This document shows, one piece after another, positions 59,545 through 64,000 of a stretch of 64,000 nt of DNA. The position numbers and the translations under genes were made by a program. The notes beneath the pieces are model-generated. The model did no database searches and had not been told where the DNA came from. It saw nothing but the letters and a program-made list of their open reading frames with translations. Positions within the stretch are counted from its first letter, which is position 1, and every line of letters begins with the position of its first letter. The DNA is from an uncultured delta proteobacterium. Lineage in GTDB: Bacteria; Myxococcota_A; Polyangia; Palsa-1104. The stretch is taken from NCBI GenBank assembly GCA_963785725.1, contig CAWAWS010000039.1:672001-736000 (forward strand), written 5' to 3'.

Positions 59545-60300
59545 ATGCAGCTCAGTGGCAATACGATCCTCATAACCGGCGGGACGAGCGGCATTGGACG
59601 GGCGCTCGCCGAGGCCTTTCATCAGCGCGGCAATCAGGTGATCATCGCCGGGCGGCGCCGCGCGCTGCTCGACGAGATCACGGCTGCGCACCCGGGGATG
59701 CACGGGCTGCAGGTCGACGTCGACGATCCGCGCGCGCTCGCGGTCTTCGCGGCGGAGCTTCGGCGGCAGTTTCCCACGCTGAACGTGCTCATCAACAATG
59801 CCGGGATCTCGCGACGCGAGGACCTTCGCAACGGTGAGCGTGACGTGGCCGCGGCGCTGGCGATGATCAACACCAATATCGTGAGCGTCTTGCAGTTGAC
59901 GGCGGCGCTGTTGCCGCTGCTCGAGCGGCAGCCGCGCGCGACCGTGATGGCGACGACGTCGGGCTTGGCGTTTCTACCGCTCGCCGATTATCCGACGTAC
60001 TGCGCGACCAAGGCGTTCCTGCATTCGTGGTTGCAGTCGCTGCGCTCGCAATTGCGCCAGACGTCGGTGGAGGTGCTCGAGCTCATTCCGCCTTATGTGC
60101 AGACCGAGCTGAGTGGGGCGAGCCAGGCGACGGATCCGAATGCCATGCCGCTGGCAGATTATGTCGCCGAAGTGATGCGGGCGCTGGCGGAGCCGCAGCC
60201 GGCGCGCGGGGAGATCCTCGTCGAGCGGGCGGCGGCGCTGCGCTGGGCGGAGCAGAACGGGCAGTACGATCGGCTGTTCAGCGCGCGCAACGAACGCTGA
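59545..60300 (+). CDS. Short-chain dehydrogenase (DltE-like)
   Basis: TGGTSGIG, NNAG, SGLAF, catalytic YCATK. Confidence 0.93.
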   Translation: MQLSGNTILITGGTSGIGRALAEAFHQRGNQVIIAGRRRALLDEITAAHPGMHGLQVDVDDPRALAVFAAELRRQFPTLNVLINNAGISRREDLRNGERDVAAALAMINTNIVSVLQLTAALLPLLERQPRATVMATTSGLAFLPLADYPTYCATKAFLHSWLQSLRSQLRQTSVEVLELIPPYVQTELSGASQATDPNAMPLADYVAEVMRALAEPQPARGEILVERAAALRWAEQNGQYDRLFSARNER

Positions 60301-60413
60301 TTTGAGCTTCGGTGGCGGCGTATCGGGCGTGGATTCGCCAGCTCGAGCGCGTGGCACAAAGCGTCCGGCCGACTCGATGCCCTCGATGCGCGGCTTCTAA
60401 TCGTCCACGACGC

Positions 60414-61433
60414 TCAATGCCGGAGCGCGCGCGGCAATACGTACTGCGCGACATAGGTACGCAGCTTGGCGCGGGTGTCGTCGTCGAGCTGCAGCGTCAC
60501 GTCGGGCATGATGCGCGAGGCGATCTCGTAAACGACGAAGAGATCGAGCTGGTGGTGAAAGGCCGAGTCGCTCAGTCGATCGAGCTGCGGCTCGGCCGCG
60601 ACCTTACCTTTTTGCGTCTGATAGGCGGCGATGAGGTTGGCGAGGCATTCGTAATCCTGATTGTTGGTCCAGCCGGAGCTCCTCGGCATCTCGCCCAGCC
60701 AATAGGCCTTACACATGGCGAAGGCGATCCAGTGCGGCGTTTTGTCCGCCTCGAGGCGAATGTGCTCGGCGTCGACGCGATAGACGGCGGCGTGCGGCGC
60801 GAACGGCTGATCGTAGGGGACGATGCCGAGCCGCGCCGCCTCGCCGTGCGCGATGCTCAGCGCCGTCGGATTGCGCGGCCGCAACGTCAGCGTGTCGATG
60901 AGCGCCTCGCGCGCCTCGTCGAAGCGCATGAGCTTGATGAGCGCGTCCGCGCGATAGAGGTGGCCGCGATAGTGGTTGGGCGCGGCGGCGACCGCTCGAT
61001 CGTAGGCCGCCAACGCCTCGGTCGGCTGCGCCGCGGCCAGGAAACAGTCGCCGATGTAGAGATCGAGGAACCAGGACGACGGCGAGAGGCGCTTGGATTC
61101 CTCGTATTTCTTGCGCGCGCCGTCCCAATCCTTGGCCTTGAACAGCCGTTCGGCGTCGGCGAGCGCCGGCTTGGCGGGCGCGGCCACCTCGCCGCAATCG
61201 ACGAGCTGGCGCTTGCCGGCGACGACGCGGACGTCGGGGCAGTCGCGCGCGTGCCCTTCGGGCCACAGCGCCGCCGCGCTCTTGAGCTCGCCTCCGGCCG
61301 GCAGCTCCGCCACTTTATAGGTGATCTTCGAGCGCTCCATCGCCGCTTGATAGTCGGCCAGCGTGTGACCGGGGCTCTCGGCCCAGGCGACGCTCGAGGT
61401 CAACAGAACGGCGATCGTCCACGGCGCATGCAT
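60414..61433 (-). CDS. Exported TPR protein
   Basis: Signal peptide ending AWA, about three TPR repeats, Cys pairs. Confidence 0.78.
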   Translation of the reverse strand: MHAPWTIAVLLTSSVAWAESPGHTLADYQAAMERSKITYKVAELPAGGELKSAAALWPEGHARDCPDVRVVAGKRQLVDCGEVAAPAKPALADAERLFKAKDWDGARKKYEESKRLSPSSWFLDLYIGDCFLAAAQPTEALAAYDRAVAAAPNHYRGHLYRADALIKLMRFDEAREALIDTLTLRPRNPTALSIAHGEAARLGIVPYDQPFAPHAAVYRVDAEHIRLEADKTPHWIAFAMCKAYWLGEMPRSSGWTNNQDYECLANLIAAYQTQKGKVAAEPQLDRLSDSAFHHQLDLFVVYEIASRIMPDVTLQLDDDTRAKLRTYVAQYVLPRALRH

Positions 61434-61475
61434 GGGATGACTTTACCGCCGTTGGGTTAGAATTTTCGCCTCCGC

Positions 61476-61502
61476 TGTCGATTGGCGCGCGCCGCGTTCG
61501 TA
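61476..61502 (+). promoter_or_regulatory. ECF42-type promoter motif
   Basis: TGTCGA-N17-CGTA upstream of a YCII-like start. Confidence 0.55.
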
Positions 61503-61529
61503 TAGAAGCCGAAAGAGAGGCGCTTCCCC

Positions 61530-61805
61530 ATGAAACTGTATCTATTGAGCGTGGTCGAGCCCGCTGGTCCGCTGCCGCCGCCAGAATTCCTGCAGAGCGT
61601 GATGCGCGACGTCGAAGTCTTCCGCGAAGCGCTGGACCTCGACGGCTACTACCTGTTCCACGCCATTCGCGCCGACCTGTTGCGACGGCTGGGGCGCGAT
61701 GTCGAGGCGGCGCGCGCGTACGAGGCGGCGCTGGCGCGCACCGACAACGCCGCCGAGCGCGACCTCTTGCGGCGTCGACGCGCGGCGCTCGATTCGCTAT
61801 CGTGA
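61530..61805 (+). pseudogene. In-frame chimera of a YciI/DGPF N-terminus and an ECF42 sigma C-terminal TPR tail (deletion remnant)
   Basis: MKLYLLSVVEPAGPLPPPEFL... joined to LDGYYLFHAIRADLLRRLGRDVEAARAYEAALARTDNAAERDLL. Confidence 0.7.
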
Positions 61806-61809
61806 GCGC

Positions 61810-63441
61810 ATGATCCGCCTGCTCGTCGTCTTGCTCGCGCTCGTGCCGTCGCTGGCTGTGGCCGATCCGTCGTCGGTGCGGCTCGGCCGGATCGACTTCC
61901 CGGTCACCGGTCCCGAAGCGGCGCGCCAACACTTCGTTCGCGGCATGCTGGCCATGCACTCGTTCTGGTACGACGAGGCGCACGACGAGTTTCTGGCGGC
62001 GACCCGAGCCGCGCCCGCGTTCGCGATGGGCTATTGGGGCGACGCGCTCTCGTATTATCACCCGGTTTGGTCGCAGGAGAACCTCGTGGCGTCGCGCGCC
62101 ATCATGGCGCAGCTGCCGCCCAATGCGCCGCTGACCGAGCGCGAGCGCGACTTCATCGCGGCGGCGAAGATCCTGTTCGGCGAAGGCGATCGCGAGACGC
62201 GTTGGCGCGACTACGCCGCGGCGCTCGGCAAGCTGCACGCGAAGTTCCCCAAAGACGACGAAGCGGCCACGCTCTATTCGGTGGCGCTGCTCGGCACCGC
62301 CCGCCGAGACGGCAGCTTTCGCCCGTTCGCCGAGGCGGCGGCGCTGTCGCTCGACGTGCTCGCGCGCAATCCGAATCATCCCGGCGCCGCGCACTACGTC
62401 ATTCATGCGTTCGACAATCCCGAGCATGCGATTCTGGCGCTGCCGGCGGCGCGTCGCTACGCGCAGATCGCGCCCGAGGCGTTCCACGCGCTGCATATGC
62501 CGTCGCATATCTTCGTGCAGCTCGGCATGTGGGAGGACGCGCAGTCGTCCAATGAAGCGTCATGGGCGGCCTCGATCGCGGCGGCCACGAAGAGGCACCT
62601 CGATACCAGCTATTACGACTTCCACAGTCTCGAGTGGCTGATGTCGATTACGTTCGAGCGCGGTCAGCGGAGACATGCGGAAGAGGTGCTGCAGCGCGGG
62701 CGAGACGCGCTCGTGCGCTCACAGGATCCCGATCGCATGCCGCTCGTCGTCGGGCGGATGGCGGCGGAATATATGCTGACGACGGGCGATTGGACGCGCA
62801 TGGACGAGCTCTTGGCGCCACTGTCGACCGTCGAGGCCTCGGTCGCGCGCTCGACGACGCAGGCCAATATGCCCGGCCCCGCCTGTCACGTCGCGGTCTC
62901 GGCGCGGCGCGCGGCGGCGGAAGCGCAGGCGCTGCTGGCGTTCGCGCACGGCGAAGCGGCGGCGGCGCGGCAAGATGCCGCGCTCGTCGACAAGAGCCGG
63001 CAGGCGCTCGTCGCCGACGTGGCCAAGATGGACAAGGACGCGGCGGACGACTGGCAGGTCTACGCGGTCATCCTCGAGGCGCGCTCGGCCGAGCTGCACG
63101 CGCGGCCCAAAGACGCGGTCGCGGCGCTGCGTCGGGCGATCGCGCTCGAGGAGCGCTGGCCGGCTTCGGGCCCGGCCGGCGCGATCACGGCGCGCGAACG
63201 GCTGGGCGAGCTGTTCTTACGACAAGGCCGCGCCGCCGACGCGCTCGCGGAATTCGCGCGTTCGCTCGAGATACATCCGCGACGAAGCCGTTCGCTGCTC
63301 GGCGCCGCGCGCGCGGCGGCGCTCGTCAAGCGCGAGTCGGCGCGCGACTATTATCGGCAGCTGGCCGCCAATTGGTCGAACGCCGATCAGGATTATCCCG
63401 GGTTCCACGAAGCGTTCGACGGAGTTCCAGCGCTGGAATGA
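61810..63441 (+). CDS. Exported TPR-like protein with HAxHMPSHI motif
   Basis: Signal peptide, FVRGMLAMHSFWY, HPGAAHYVIH, HALHMPSHIF, C-terminal TPRs. Confidence 0.85.
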   Translation: MIRLLVVLLALVPSLAVADPSSVRLGRIDFPVTGPEAARQHFVRGMLAMHSFWYDEAHDEFLAATRAAPAFAMGYWGDALSYYHPVWSQENLVASRAIMAQLPPNAPLTERERDFIAAAKILFGEGDRETRWRDYAAALGKLHAKFPKDDEAATLYSVALLGTARRDGSFRPFAEAAALSLDVLARNPNHPGAAHYVIHAFDNPEHAILALPAARRYAQIAPEAFHALHMPSHIFVQLGMWEDAQSSNEASWAASIAAATKRHLDTSYYDFHSLEWLMSITFERGQRRHAEEVLQRGRDALVRSQDPDRMPLVVGRMAAEYMLTTGDWTRMDELLAPLSTVEASVARSTTQANMPGPACHVAVSARRAAAEAQALLAFAHGEAAAARQDAALVDKSRQALVADVAKMDKDAADDWQVYAVILEARSAELHARPKDAVAALRRAIALEERWPASGPAGAITARERLGELFLRQGRAADALAEFARSLEIHPRRSRSLLGAARAAALVKRESARDYYRQLAANWSNADQDYPGFHEAFDGVPALE

Positions 63442-63487
63442 GTCGTTGGCGTTTACAGCGGACGCGCAAAATCTCCGCGTGAAAGCG

Positions 63488-63534
63488 CGCAATCGATATC
63501 GGCCGCGGACGATTCCGCTCCGATATCGATTGCG
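63488..63534. terminator. Long inverted repeat between convergent genes (probable bidirectional terminator)
   Basis: 15-bp arms CGCAATCGATATCGG / CCGATATCGATTGCG, with an inner GCGGA/TCCGC pair. Confidence 0.65.
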
Positions 63535-63542
63535 GTGGCGAT

Positions 63543-64000
63543 TTAGTCGGACTCGGTGAACTGGATGAACGGCGACGAGCCGCCGCCGGTCGAGCAGCTG
63601 CCGAGCTTGAGGTTATTGGTTTCGCCCGTGGTGCCGTCATTCGCGACGCAGCTGGGGGCGCTCGTCGAGCCGTCCGTCAACGCGATCTTCACGGTGATCG
63701 AGGCGCCCTTGTTGAAGACGGCCTCGGAGCCGCCGCCGTCGCCGATGATGTTGAACTCGGACGCATTCCACGCCGTCGCCAGGTTCGTGACGGTGTCCGG
63801 CTGGTTCGTGCTGAAGGCCTCGCCCTCTGCCGTGAACACGAGCGTGTCGTTGCCATTGGCTTTGGCCGATCCCGCCATCTTGAAGCCGGACAGATTGCCG
63901 ATGGCAATGGCCGGGACCGACACGGCGGCGCTGTTCTTGTAGCAGTCGTTCTCGCCGTCGGAGATGAAGGTGCGGTCGGGGCACTTGCCGATCCCGATCA
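63543..64000 (-). CDS. C-terminal part of a probable secreted beta-rich protein (5' end outside the window)
   Basis: Frame is open to the window edge. DCYKNSAAV...WNASEFNIIGDGGGSEA...GTTGETNNL...IQFTES. Confidence 0.75.
   Translation of the reverse strand, partial: IGIGKCPDRTFISDGENDCYKNSAAVSVPAIAIGNLSGFKMAGSAKANGNDTLVFTAEGEAFSTNQPDTVTNLATAWNASEFNIIGDGGGSEAVFNKGASITVKIALTDGSTSAPSCVANDGTTGETNNLKLGSCSTGGGSSPFIQFTESD

Overview
GC-rich bacterial chromosome segment with about 58 densely packed CDS. I found no tRNA, rRNA, CRISPR array or transposase. The TPR-type Ser/Thr kinase, MYXO-CTERM-like tail and several sigma54 promoters suggest Myxococcota, though this is inference. Content: LysR/MerR/ECF-regulated detox modules, a complete yehI-L-M-P-Q-like operon (DUF4132, MoxR AAA+, DUF5682, vWA, SWIM), an S53 protease, LigC, an ABC exporter, a four-domain DsbA protein, XPB helicase plus partner, HD/HAD/Tpt1 genes, an M16 protease, a sigma54-driven lipid/glycosyltransferase group, a SWIM-SNF2 helicase and a DUF4157 toxin-like gene. 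Top finding: a compact three-gene RiPP-like cluster at 33253-34564 (minus strand). It has a 52-aa precursor missed by the ORF track (double-glycine leader, core GCPTCGRLITLSGDKV), a DUF692/MNIO oxidase and a 73-aa partner. Other highlights are a 71-aa GyrA winged-helix-like mini protein, a histidine kinase with His replaced by Asn, near-leaderless sigma54 promoters, a possible RPP-ending leader upstream of the DsbA gene, and a YCII/ECF42 deletion chimera. All family calls come from motif recognition by eye; no database searches were run.
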